Shown here: piece by piece, positions 10,212 through 20,001 of the stretch
Position numbering within the stretch: the first letter of the stretch is position 1
How the letters are laid out: each line of letters starts with the position of its first letter
Assembly (NCBI GenBank): GCA_945874665.1
Contig: CAMCHJ010000008.1
Span: 3,880 to 67,879, forward strand
Length of the DNA: 64,000 bases
Reading direction: 5' to 3'
From: Chitinophaga pinensis
GTDB taxonomy: Bacteria; Bacteroidota; Bacteroidia; UBA7662
Notes under the pieces: model-generated
The model's input: the letters and a program-made list of their open reading frames with translations, nothing else
What the model was told of the DNA's origin: nothing
Database searches by the model: none
Made by a program: the position numbers and the translations under genes

Positions 10212-10865
10212 ATGGCCGACATCAAAGATACCGTTCGCGATTTGCGCAAAGACTACACACAGGAGTCGTTAGATGAAGCCGCCGTTTCTAAAAACCCTTT
10301 TGATCAATTCGAAGTGTGGATGCAGGACGCGGTGACTGCTAAAGTGCTTGAGCCCAATGCCATGCATTTAGCCACGGTAGATACAAACGGCAAGCCCAGC
10401 GGTCGTGTTGTTTTATTACGGGGTTTAGACAGCCGTGGTTTTGTGTTTTTTACCAATTACGAAAGCAAAAAAGGCCGGCAAATGGCAGCGAATCCTTTTG
10501 CAGCCCTCACCTTTTTTTGGCCGGAACTAGAGCGGCAGCTGCGCATTGAAGGCAGGATCGAAAAAATCAGCAGTGCCGAAAGCGACGACTACTTTTTCAG
10601 TCGCCCGCGCGGCAGTCGTTTAGGTGCGTGGGCGAGTCCACAAAGCGAAGTAATTCCCGCTCGTGAAGAAATTGACAGGCTCACCGCCATTTTAGAAGCC
10701 AAGTACCCCGGCGACACGCCTATTCCTAGGCCAGCGCACTGGGGCGGTTACCGGGTGGTGCCTGAGCTCATTGAGTTTTGGCAGGGCCGTGCTTCGCGCT
10801 TGCACGATCGCATTCAGTACAAACAACTGCCGCAGGGCTGGGTGATTGAGCGTTTAGCGCCTTGA
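10212..10865 (+). CDS. pdxH: Pyridoxamine 5'-phosphate oxidase
   Basis: [47 protein letters not shown] end. Confidence 0.96.
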   Translation: MADIKDTVRDLRKDYTQESLDEAAVSKNPFDQFEVWMQDAVTAKVLEPNAMHLATVDTNGKPSGRVVLLRGLDSRGFVFFTNYESKKGRQMAANPFAALTFFWPELERQLRIEGRIEKISSAESDDYFFSRPRGSRLGAWASPQSEVIPAREEIDRLTAILEAKYPGDTPIPRPAHWGGYRVVPELIEFWQGRASRLHDRIQYKQLPQGWVIERLAP

Positions 10866-11572
10866 GTAGACTTTTCAAATTCAAACAATTTTCGCTCGAC
10901 GACAGCGGGGCGGCCATGAAACTGGGTACCGATGCGGTGTTGTTGGGCTGTTTGGCCGAACACCCCGCTCCTGTTACTGTTTTGGACATTGGCACCGGCA
11001 GTGGCGTCATTGCCTTGCAGCTAGCGCAACGGTTTGAGGGAGCAGCGGTAACGGCACTAGAAATCGACGCTTCCGCGGCTGCACAAGCGCAAAGCAACTT
11101 TGAGGCGAGTAGTTGGAGCCAGCGCCTGCAGCTCGTTCAGACTGACGTTACCCAATGGGAGCCAGCGCAGCTTTTTGATATGATTTGTTGCAATCCGCCT
11201 TTTTATTCAAACAGCTATCCCATTGCCGATGCGCAGCGACGCGTGGCGCGGAGTCAGGAGCAACTCAACTTTGAGCAACTCGCCCACAGTGTTGCCCGTT
11301 TGTTGCAGAAAAATGGTATTTTTTGGGTGATTTTACCGGCAGAAGGCATGCCAGACTTGCAGCAGTGCTTGGCAAAAGCAGGGCTGTATCTGCAAACACG
11401 CATCTCCATCTACCCCAAAATAGACAAAAGCTGCAACCGACAAATAGCCGCCTATCGTAAAACTGCTTCAGCAAGTGTAACGGAGCGGTCGTTGTGCATC
11501 AGGTTAGCCGACAACAGCTATACCGAGGCCTACAAACAGCTCACCAGCGCATTCTATTTGCAGCTGAAGTAA
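10862..11572 (+). CDS. tRNA1(Val) adenine(37)-N6 methyltransferase family
   Basis: [29 protein letters not shown] motif; 4-nt overlap with pdxH. Confidence 0.85.
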   Translation: MSRLFKFKQFSLDDSGAAMKLGTDAVLLGCLAEHPAPVTVLDIGTGSGVIALQLAQRFEGAAVTALEIDASAAAQAQSNFEASSWSQRLQLVQTDVTQWEPAQLFDMICCNPPFYSNSYPIADAQRRVARSQEQLNFEQLAHSVARLLQKNGIFWVILPAEGMPDLQQCLAKAGLYLQTRISIYPKIDKSCNRQIAAYRKTASASVTERSLCIRLADNSYTEAYKQLTSAFYLQLK

Positions 11573-11587
11573 CTTTTTACAAAGCAC

Positions 11588-12163
11588 TCACCCACCCGAT
11601 TCCTTTTTTTTCGCTTTCAAAATAGCTGCTTCCGTTAAACGGTCTAGCATCGCCACCCGGTAGCTCAAATACATCAAAAACAAGCTCAATAAAAGGGTAT
11701 AAAACCCAACCATATAATTAACCGTGGTGCTTTTGAGTGGATTAAAGAAGATAAACATACTAAAAGCAACACTCAACAAACCGTTGATGAGGATGAGTAC
11801 ACGAGCTGTTCCACTCGATTTGAGTCCAATCAACAGAATGGCCGCACCCATGAACAAGGCCCAGCCGCCAATCATCAATAAAAACACAGTAGCCGCAAAT
11901 GCCGTGTTAAACAGGCAATAATAGGCAATCACAGCATCCAGAATGGCAAGCAAAGCAAATGGCCACCAGGTTGTTTTTTTTTGAAACGACTGCCATCCCA
12001 CAAAACCAAAGAGCAAGGCCATGCATACAGACAAAAATCCAAGGTACAATACAAGGGTTTCCGTTGACAAATTTGGCGACGTGAGGGCAATGAGACCAAA
12101 TACGAATAAACAAAATCCTTGCAAAGCCAAGGACCACCAGTAACGAGCAAGCAAGGAGCGCAT
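11588..12163 (-). CDS. HdeD/DUF308 family membrane protein
   Basis: WWSLALQG..FVFGLIAL start and about six TM helices; start placed at ATG 12163. Confidence 0.75.
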   Translation of the reverse strand: MRSLLARYWWSLALQGFCLFVFGLIALTSPNLSTETLVLYLGFLSVCMALLFGFVGWQSFQKKTTWWPFALLAILDAVIAYYCLFNTAFAATVFLLMIGGWALFMGAAILLIGLKSSGTARVLILINGLLSVAFSMFIFFNPLKSTTVNYMVGFYTLLLSLFLMYLSYRVAMLDRLTEAAILKAKKKESGG

Positions 12164-12301
12164 AACGTAATGATTTTGTGTTTTGAGGCAATAAAACGAA
12201 TTTTTTAGCGCCCTAATCACCATAAAGATCGTAAACTAACCCTTACAAACCTAAACCGCATATCCCAGCGAATAGGCTCCGTGACCTTCAAAAAAAAGCA
12301 A

Positions 12302-12333
12302 AAAAAAGAGCATTACCGGTTGGTAATGCTCTT
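12302..12333 (-). terminator. Terminator after tRNA-Lys
   Basis: AAAGAGCATTACC-GGTT-GGTAATGCTCTTT hairpin with an A-tract. Confidence 0.75.
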
Positions 12334-12409
12334 TGGTGATTCCGCTGGGATTCGAACCCAGGACCCATACATTAAAAGTGTATTGCTCTACCAGCTGAGC
12401 TACAGAATC
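12334..12409 (-). tRNA. tRNA-Lys (UUU)
   Basis: Reverse complement GATTCTGTAGCTCAGCTGGTAGAGCAATACACTTTTAATGTATGGGTCCTGGGTTCGAATCCCAGCGGAATCACCA folds as a cloverleaf; anticodon TTT; CCA encoded. Confidence 0.96.
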
Positions 12410-12526
12410 GTTTTCAAACCGAGGTTTTGAAAAGGTTGTGCAAAGATAGAGTTATCGACCGAAAAAGCAAAAGCAGCTCTGTAAAAAAGCAAAAAAACAC
12501 CCTCAGAAGCTGTGTGTATTTGATAA

Positions 12527-13687
12527 TCAAGCTGTTTTGATCTCAAACTTTTTTACCTGGTGGCCTGAAAGCAGTGGTTTTTGCAATGTTAAGTGCTTTC
12601 TGAGGGGGGTCGCGCCTACAGCAGCATGCAAAGCAAGCATCTTCTTATTAAAATCGCCTACCCAAGCGAGCTCCACCTCTTCGAAAGTCGGGTGTGCTTT
12701 GCGTATTTGTTTATAGGCATTTTGAAGCAGTACCGACTCTATGCCCATGTTTTGAAAGCGCTCCTGAACCCCCATCGCCACAATTTTTAACCGGCGAAAC
12801 TTGGTGGCACGGCGGTAGTACAAAAACTTAAGTTTTGAAAAAAGACTATTTACGGCCCCTGTACGTAACAAAACCTCATTCAAATCGGGGAGCATCAACA
12901 AAAAAGCCGCGGGCTCGTCGTTTACAAAAGCAAACCAAATGAGGTCTTCCACCAAAATAGGCTTCATTCGGCGAAAATCATTTTGCACTTTGGCCAGATC
13001 AATGGGACTAAAATTCTCAAAATTAGACCAAGCGTTATTAAAAACGTGTACCACAGCATTGGCATAAAAATCGAAACGGCTCGAATCAAAATGCGCTACA
13101 CGCACCTTAGACTTGGCGGTTGCCCAATCGGCAATTTTATGAAATCGCTCGGGTAAGCCTTTTCCCATTTCAATAAAACTGGTCAGCTGCTCGTAATATG
13201 GCAGGTAGCCTGCAGCTTCAAAAAAGGCCACACAATAGGGAGGATTCCAGTTCATGCCAAACGACGGGTTGTCGTAACCCTCGGTGAGCAGTCCCCAATA
13301 CTGATCGTTTTCACCCAAATTTATCGGCCCATCCACCCAATCGTAACCTTTATTCCGCAGCCATTTTTCGGCTGTTTCGAACAAGCAGGCAGCGGCCGCA
13401 GCATCGTTGATACAGGCAAAAAAACCTACCGCCCCAGCATTTTCGTGAGGGGCTTTTTTAGGATGATCGAAAGCAGCAATGCGGCCTACAGGCTGTTGAT
13501 CGTTGTACAGCAGCCAACGCTGATGTGCCAGTTCCGCGGCTTTTTGGTTGTGCGCCGGATCAAAAACACGCTCCGCCATTTGAATAGGCACACCAACATA
13601 ATGCGGCATGTTGCGATACAAAAGGTCGGGCAGTTGGGCAAATAAGCGCGCCGTCATTGGGTCACGCACTTCAACGATGTGCATCAT
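12527..13687 (-). CDS. GNAT-fold protein (YghO-like tandem GNAT)
   Basis: VGRIAAF, GFFACIND, GPINL...GLL.EGY, NPPY, EL.WVGDFN. Confidence 0.75.
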   Translation of the reverse strand: MMHIVEVRDPMTARLFAQLPDLLYRNMPHYVGVPIQMAERVFDPAHNQKAAELAHQRWLLYNDQQPVGRIAAFDHPKKAPHENAGAVGFFACINDAAAAACLFETAEKWLRNKGYDWVDGPINLGENDQYWGLLTEGYDNPSFGMNWNPPYCVAFFEAAGYLPYYEQLTSFIEMGKGLPERFHKIADWATAKSKVRVAHFDSSRFDFYANAVVHVFNNAWSNFENFSPIDLAKVQNDFRRMKPILVEDLIWFAFVNDEPAAFLLMLPDLNEVLLRTGAVNSLFSKLKFLYYRRATKFRRLKIVAMGVQERFQNMGIESVLLQNAYKQIRKAHPTFEEVELAWVGDFNKKMLALHAAVGATPLRKHLTLQKPLLSGHQVKKFEIKTA

Positions 13688-16600
13688 CGAATCAACACAA
13701 TTTGCCCAGTACGGTTGTAAGGCCTGCCGTTTTTACCTTGGGCTTTGAGCACATATGGATAAACCCCAGCGGGCAAAGCTTCACCATTTTGCGTGCCATC
13801 CCAGGTAAAAGTTTCGGACTTACCGGTAAATACCAAGCCCCCCCAGCGGTCGTAGATTAAAAACTCAAAAGCTTTAAAGTTGCGTATTACGCCCCTAAAA
13901 ACGTCATTTATACCATCACCATTGGGTGTAAAGGCATTTGGAAGCAAAATTTGAATGCTGTCGATGATCACAAATTCATAAAGGAGACTGTCGCTGCAGC
14001 CCGTCACTACATTACGTACGTTGAGACGCACACTGTAGGCACCGGGTGCGCGGTAAATGTGCTGGGGATTGGCTTCAATGCTGCCGTTACCGTCACCAAA
14101 ATCCCATACAAAACGCAATTGGTTGGCATCAGGACTCAAATTGGTAAAGTTCACCAGTTGAGGGGCGTAGCCGGTATCGGGACTAAAAGTAAAATCGGCC
14201 TCCGCAGTAGCATTGGTCAATAAAATGGTATCGTTCAACGAGCGGCAATCGCCCAGATAAGCAATTACCCAATACACCGCTTGCGTGGCTGTGGTAGCAC
14301 GGATGCTGGAGGTAGTATCGCCAGTGCTCCATAAATAGCGGGTGCCCCCACTCACTTGGAGGGTAACCGTATCGTCGTTGCATACGTAACGGTCGGCGCT
14401 GCCATTCACCTGCACCCGCACTTCGGGATTGATGCGAATGCTGTCGATGTAACTGCAGCCTAAAGTATCGGAAAGCGCTAAATACACCCAGCGTGCCGGC
14501 AAGCTGCTGAAGGTTTGTTGCCAAGAACTAGGGTCTGTAATATCGGGGTCAGGTAGCCACGAAAAGCCCACAAAAGCAGCGGCCAAATTGGGGTCGAGCA
14601 CATAGTTTTCGCCAAAGCACCAGGAGGCATTGAGACCTCGGAAGGGGGAAATGGGGGCAAGAACTTCCAAAAAGGTGCTGTCGATAGAAATACAGCCCCG
14701 AGTATCGGTAACGGTTACCACGTACCAGCGGCTGGAAGCTGCCAAAACACGCACTGAATCAGCAGCACCACCGGTCAAGGTGGCATCGGATCGCCAGCTG
14801 TACTGCAGTCCACCGCTGGCCCGTAAGGTCACTGAGTCGCCGGGACAAGCCGCACCAATCTGCTCAATCAGCACCACAGGCAGTGGCTCTACCACGATGT
14901 TTTGAAGGATGGTATCAGCACCAAAGCAGGTAACGATGATTAATTGCACTTGGTAGGTACCAGGACTGGTGTATGTAAATAAGGGTGATGGCAGGTTAGA
15001 AGTTGCCCCTGCTACACCAAAGCTCCAATAAAAATCACCTGTTTGCGTGGCTGTTGGTCTAAACTGAACAGGCGTATTCAAACAAACCACACTGTCGAGG
15101 AGGTACTGCGTGGTGAATTGCGCCACAGGAATTACATACTCTAAATCGATTTTGAATACGGCGCCATTGCATTCGCCAGGGCCATTGTTGGCGTTGTTCG
15201 TGGCCGACCACGCGCCTGGTGTGGTGGGCCAATCGCTGTTGCCGCCACAGCCCGCACAAACCGCGTGGTAAATGATCCCTTCTTTCGAAAAGCGACAAGT
15301 ACCGCCATCCACATGCTCATCGGAAGTACTGCCACCAAAAAAAGTACCGTATAACAGCGACTGCATATCGGCTTCGAACACCGTGATGTACATATCGCTG
15401 CCATCGGTGGTGGCTTGTAAGGCATTGCTGGTGGTGGGTAGGCCAGTCATTGGACTCGCAAAAGCATTTCGTCCAAAATTCACAGACCCGCCCCAGCCTG
15501 TCACATAAATTTTACCACACACATCCACCAAAAAAGCAGTCAATGAAAACTGCGGGCCCGCGGCATTCGACACCCCAATCACCGTACTTAATTCCAAAGC
15601 AGTTAAATCGCTGCTATAGCGCTGCACAAAATGGCGTGCATTTGGAACTTGATAAATGCTGGCTGGCAGCACCGGGAAATTGCCCATGCTAAAACCCGTT
15701 ACGTACACCTTACCGGCTGCATCGGTATCCAACAAATACGCTTGATCGTAACTTGCGGTACCGAGGTAGGTGCCCGATAAAATACCCCCTCCTGCTGTGG
15801 TGCGCAACCGCAACAAAAAACCATCGCTAGACCCTTGTTGGGTGCGTTGAAAACCCGTTGACAAGCCTGTAATCGGAAAATTACCGCTAAAAGTACTGCC
15901 CGTAACCAAAACGGTATCGCCGCCTGCACTCTTTACGCCGTAGGCCGCATCCATGCCACTGCCCCCGAGGTAGGTGCTGTACAGCAGACTCGTTAAAGTG
16001 GGATTGAGCTTGATGAGCAGCCCGTCTTGTACCCCGCCAAAAGTTGTTTGCGCAGCATTCACCAGCGGAAAATTATTAGAATTGGTATTGCTCGCCACCA
16101 AAACATTTCCTTGTTGGTCAATCAATATTTCCCCGCGTCCGTCATCCCCATAATTAAACTCCAGTGAGTTTAAATTATACTGCTGGTTGTTTCCATTGTT
16201 TTCAGACTCATCGGCACTGCCACCAATGTACGTAGAGCCCACCAAAACGCTGCCGGTGGCATTCAAGCGACTTACCACCAAGTCGTAACCCCCATTGTGT
16301 GTGGGATCGTAGGCCGACGACAAAGTAGGAAAATTGGAAGCGTCCGATTTTCCAAGAATAAACAAATGATTAGCGGCATCGGTCACCAAACTCAGCGCAT
16401 AATCGGCTCCCGAGCCCCCGAGGTAGGTGCTGTAAACAAGCGCCCCTCCATTTTGCGAAAACTTAGAAATAACCATGTCAACATCACCCGCAAAAACCGT
16501 TTGATAGGCGCCCAAGGTGGTTGGGTAACCCGAATTAAAGGTGATACCACCCAGATAAATACTCTCTGCAGCATCGTAGGTAGCGGTAAAACCCCAGTTG

Positions 16601-17376
16601 CTGGTATTTGAACCCGTGTAGGTACTCGCCACCAAGGTGGGATCGAGCACCAGTTTTTGCTGCGGATTGTAGTTGCCCAGGCGGAATTGCCAGCCGTCGG
16701 CAGTGCTTTCAAAGGCGATGTTTACAGCCTGCTGACCGGCGGCTGTTTCGGTCCAGGCCGTCGGTGGCGCTTCGTAATAACTGGTGGTTTGGGCGGGATA
16801 ATGGAGCCTGCCATCGGGCAAAAGCGCACTTTGTAATCCGCTGATGCGGGCCCTCACCAAAGCCGGATCGGCAGCTGGCTGCACATGAAACTCATATTTA
16901 AAGCCACTGTGGGCGTCGAGGTGGAGGTCGATACCAGGATAAAAATCCTTGAGCACCATTTTTTTATACGGCTTGATGGCGCTGGCCCATTTGGAAGGGT
17001 CTTGTCCGATAAAATAGTTGAGCTCGAACGACTGCTGCTCCTCCCAAATAACTTGACCTGAAAAAGTACTGCCCTCAAACTGTGTTTTCCAGGCATGTTG
17101 TTGCACCAAATTATTGGTTTTGGCACCTTGGTGGATGGCCGCCAAATCGGCTGCGCTGCTGCTCAACCAGGTAAATCCATCTTTCGTCACAAAAATACGC
17201 AAGGCTGGTAAATCGAGTTGCGCCAGAACTTCGGACGGGAATTGACCGCGATTGGGTACAAAATAGGCGCCTCTTGCTTGATCGTTGTGGGCAAATAGCA
17301 GGCTCGGCAGACCGCAAAGCAGCACCAACCACAGCCAAACTTGCGCCTTTAACGCCTGCAAAACATTGTTCACCAA
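13684..17376 (-). CDS. T9SS type-B CTD (gliding-motility-associated) surface protein with SBBP-type beta-propeller repeats and PKD domains
   Basis: Signal peptide, FVPNRGQ N-domain, repeated YSTYLGGSG.D motifs, WDFGDG PKD, C-terminal PNAFTPNGDGINDVF...IYDRWG...WDG. Confidence 0.88.
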   Translation of the reverse strand: MVNNVLQALKAQVWLWLVLLCGLPSLLFAHNDQARGAYFVPNRGQFPSEVLAQLDLPALRIFVTKDGFTWLSSSAADLAAIHQGAKTNNLVQQHAWKTQFEGSTFSGQVIWEEQQSFELNYFIGQDPSKWASAIKPYKKMVLKDFYPGIDLHLDAHSGFKYEFHVQPAADPALVRARISGLQSALLPDGRLHYPAQTTSYYEAPPTAWTETAAGQQAVNIAFESTADGWQFRLGNYNPQQKLVLDPTLVASTYTGSNTSNWGFTATYDAAESIYLGGITFNSGYPTTLGAYQTVFAGDVDMVISKFSQNGGALVYSTYLGGSGADYALSLVTDAANHLFILGKSDASNFPTLSSAYDPTHNGGYDLVVSRLNATGSVLVGSTYIGGSADESENNGNNQQYNLNSLEFNYGDDGRGEILIDQQGNVLVASNTNSNNFPLVNAAQTTFGGVQDGLLIKLNPTLTSLLYSTYLGGSGMDAAYGVKSAGGDTVLVTGSTFSGNFPITGLSTGFQRTQQGSSDGFLLRLRTTAGGGILSGTYLGTASYDQAYLLDTDAAGKVYVTGFSMGNFPVLPASIYQVPNARHFVQRYSSDLTALELSTVIGVSNAAGPQFSLTAFLVDVCGKIYVTGWGGSVNFGRNAFASPMTGLPTTSNALQATTDGSDMYITVFEADMQSLLYGTFFGGSTSDEHVDGGTCRFSKEGIIYHAVCAGCGGNSDWPTTPGAWSATNNANNGPGECNGAVFKIDLEYVIPVAQFTTQYLLDSVVCLNTPVQFRPTATQTGDFYWSFGVAGATSNLPSPLFTYTSPGTYQVQLIIVTCFGADTILQNIVVEPLPVVLIEQIGAACPGDSVTLRASGGLQYSWRSDATLTGGAADSVRVLAASSRWYVVTVTDTRGCISIDSTFLEVLAPISPFRGLNASWCFGENYVLDPNLAAAFVGFSWLPDPDITDPSSWQQTFSSLPARWVYLALSDTLGCSYIDSIRINPEVRVQVNGSADRYVCNDDTVTLQVSGGTRYLWSTGDTTSSIRATTATQAVYWVIAYLGDCRSLNDTILLTNATAEADFTFSPDTGYAPQLVNFTNLSPDANQLRFVWDFGDGNGSIEANPQHIYRAPGAYSVRLNVRNVVTGCSDSLLYEFVIIDSIQILLPNAFTPNGDGINDVFRGVIRNFKAFEFLIYDRWGGLVFTGKSETFTWDGTQNGEALPAGVYPYVLKAQGKNGRPYNRTGQIVLIR

Positions 17377-17408
17377 GGTAAAAATAGGGATTCAGGCATT
17401 AAAATGCG

Positions 17409-18224
17409 CTAAAATCTAAATACGAACCTGTTAGAAAGTGTAAAATAGAATTTTTCGATGGGCACAACCGGCTGGGTATCGTAAATACCGTCGTAATTAA
17501 CGCGGAATTCGAGGTTTTTACTCACCAAAAAGATGAGTTCCAGGTTACCCGCGAGGCGAAAATCGTTGAAAAAATATTCAGGACGTGCTTGGTAATAAAA
17601 GGTAGAGCCCACACGTAAATTCGGTGCTATTTTTCTAAAAAACCGAATGTAGGCATTAAACTTCAAGAGGTTCACATTGCGATCGGTGAGCACAAGTGGG
17701 CGGCGTTCGCTCGGCACCGCACCGTAGCCCCACTGTTCAAACTCATAAAAGGCTCCAAAACCAGCAAAAAGACTGCCTAGACTATCGTTTTGCAACTGCT
17801 GCCGAATGTTAGAGCCAAGTATAAATCTGTTTTTTAGTCCTCGCACACCATCCCACTGGTATTGCGCATAATGCTCTAGGAGCAGCAATTTGCCGGTATT
17901 ATCGCGGAGCCGAAAATGGGCAAAGCCACCATTGAGCAACAGGTCGTTGCCGGTACCCGTTACCCGCACACGGGAGGCCGTGAGCAGCGATTTGGTTTTG
18001 ATGCGGAGGGCGGCATCTACGTCGGTGAAAACGCTGTACACCAAGGCTTGCTGCTTATCGAGATTGACTCCAAAAGCCGTTTGCCCACGCCATTTTTCAA
18101 GCGGCTCATTCTGACTTTGGAAAGCCTCGGCATTCAAAATCTGTGCAAAAGTGGCTGTATTCGCCAAAAGCAGCACGCCTAACAGGCCGCTTTTAATCCA
18201 TCCACTCAAACCGTGCAGCTCCAT
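17409..18224 (-). CDS. Outer-membrane beta-barrel protein (DUF481-like)
   Basis: Signal peptide ending AQILN, amphipathic strands, C-terminal Phe (FVFRF). Confidence 0.7.
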   Translation of the reverse strand: MELHGLSGWIKSGLLGVLLLANTATFAQILNAEAFQSQNEPLEKWRGQTAFGVNLDKQQALVYSVFTDVDAALRIKTKSLLTASRVRVTGTGNDLLLNGGFAHFRLRDNTGKLLLLEHYAQYQWDGVRGLKNRFILGSNIRQQLQNDSLGSLFAGFGAFYEFEQWGYGAVPSERRPLVLTDRNVNLLKFNAYIRFFRKIAPNLRVGSTFYYQARPEYFFNDFRLAGNLELIFLVSKNLEFRVNYDGIYDTQPVVPIEKFYFTLSNRFVFRF

Positions 18225-18867
18225 TTAATTTGACTTTGAGGTCGGCATAATGCTCAATATCCACCAGCACCACCCATGACTTACCCGGTTCGGCCAGCAC
18301 TTTTTCGCTGATATGGCTGAGCAGCTGGTTGACGTAGCGTTTGCGCAGTTTATCGGACTGACCGGCAGTCCATTGATCAATTGGTGCATGCAAGCGTGCC
18401 AATAGGGCATCGCGTTGGGCGCCTTTAGCCAGCACGGCCAAGCGCCGCAGTCGCTCGTTTTGTGCCAAATGTTGGTTCAGCGAATCGGTTTGTGCCGCTG
18501 GTACTTTATAAATCATATTGGCATAGCTCAACAAAAAGGCCCTTAAAAACAGGGTATCTGGTGTCATATCGTGCCAATCGAGTACCGATTGCTGTTGAAA
18601 AGGCAGCAACAATATGCTATCCAGCTGATCGGGAAACGGCATCGTATAATGGTGACTGTGCTTTTCATAAAACACACCGCTGTACTGCGAGTCTGCCAAC
18701 AGCTCCGCAAAAACCTGCTGTCCACCGCCTAAAATACTGCCATCGTGGGCCACCACTTGCACCCGTGCAAGCAATTGTTTGTCGTTAGCCAAACGGGTAA
18801 GGAGCACGGCGGCGCCAGTGAGCACAAAGACCACCAACAGAAAACTGATTTTTTGACTACTCCACAT
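18193..18867 (-). CDS. Hypothetical membrane-anchored protein
   Basis: 224-aa ORF with an N-terminal TM helix, in operon geometry with the downstream barrel gene. Confidence 0.6.
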   Translation of the reverse strand: MWSSQKISFLLVVFVLTGAAVLLTRLANDKQLLARVQVVAHDGSILGGGQQVFAELLADSQYSGVFYEKHSHHYTMPFPDQLDSILLLPFQQQSVLDWHDMTPDTLFLRAFLLSYANMIYKVPAAQTDSLNQHLAQNERLRRLAVLAKGAQRDALLARLHAPIDQWTAGQSDKLRKRYVNQLLSHISEKVLAEPGKSWVVLVDIEHYADLKVKLNGAARFEWMD

Positions 18868-18984
18868 AAAGCACCAAAGTTACGGAAGTGTGTGAAATTG
18901 TACCCACAAGAAATGCAGCCATTGAAACCTGCGGCTTATTTTTTTGTTGACAATAGGTGTCTGCTCCCTTGCATACCTTTGAAT

Positions 18985-20001
18985 ATGTCGCATTTACTCG
19001 AATTTAGGCCTGAGGGCATGTATTGTGCAGCCGCAGACGTGTACATCGACCCGTGGCGGAAGGTACACAAGGCCCTCATTACCCATGCGCATGCAGACCA
19101 TGCACGCTGGGGACAGCGGCATTACATAGCCCAGGAGCACAACGAGCACGTAATGCGGGCGCGGTTGGGCAAGGATATTTCGCTGCAAACGGTGGCTTAT
19201 GGCGAGGCGCTGCACATCAACGGCGTGCGGTTTAGCTGGCACCCGGCGGGTCACATTCCTGGTTCGGCCCAAATTAGGGTGGAGCACAAAGGCGAGGTTT
19301 GGGTGGCTTCGGGCGACTATAAGGTAGAAAACGACGGGCTCAGTCCCGCATTTGAACCCATCGCCTGCCATACTTTTATCACCGAATGCACCTTTGGCAT
19401 GCCCATTTACCGTTGGGAGCCCCAGGCGTTGCGTTTTGAAGAAATAAACCAGTGGTGGACCGAGGCTGCGGCAACTGGCAAAAACTGCGTGCTCTTTGGC
19501 TATTCGTTGGGCAAGGCGCAACGGCTGTTGAGCGGCTTAAATCCCAGCATCGGACCCATTTTTGTGCATCCCAGCATTGCTCAAATGAACGATGCTTTGG
19601 CGGCGGTGGGCTTTCAGCTGCCTGCCACCTTGCCGCTAAGCAGCTACAACCGCAGTGTGCACGGCACGGGGGCAATGGTGCTGGCCCCTCCCGGTGCGGC
19701 CGAAGGCAGTTGGCAAAAGAAACTCGAGCCTTATACCGATGCCACGGCTTCGGGTTGGGTGCAGGTACGGGGCAACCGCCGGCGGCAGTCGCTCGACCGC
19801 GGTTTTGTAATCAGCGACCATGCCGATTACCCGGGTTTGTTGCAGGCCATTAGCGCCACGGGGGCCGAAAAGGTAATTTGTACCCATGGTTTCACCGCAC
19901 TTTTTAGTCGGCAACTGCGCGAAATGGGCATTGCAGCGCAAGAAGAACGTACCTTGTTTATGGGAGAAGGCGGCGCGGATGCCCAGGAGGAGGAGGCATG
20001 A
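18985..20001 (+). CDS. Ligase-associated DNA damage response exonuclease (beta-CASP metallo-beta-lactamase)
   Basis: ITHAHADH, PAGHIPGS, SGDYK, ITECTFG, YSLGKAQR, ISDHAD; overlaps the ligase start. Confidence 0.9.
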   Translation: MSHLLEFRPEGMYCAAADVYIDPWRKVHKALITHAHADHARWGQRHYIAQEHNEHVMRARLGKDISLQTVAYGEALHINGVRFSWHPAGHIPGSAQIRVEHKGEVWVASGDYKVENDGLSPAFEPIACHTFITECTFGMPIYRWEPQALRFEEINQWWTEAAATGKNCVLFGYSLGKAQRLLSGLNPSIGPIFVHPSIAQMNDALAAVGFQLPATLPLSSYNRSVHGTGAMVLAPPGAAEGSWQKKLEPYTDATASGWVQVRGNRRRQSLDRGFVISDHADYPGLLQAISATGAEKVICTHGFTALFSRQLREMGIAAQEERTLFMGEGGADAQEEEA

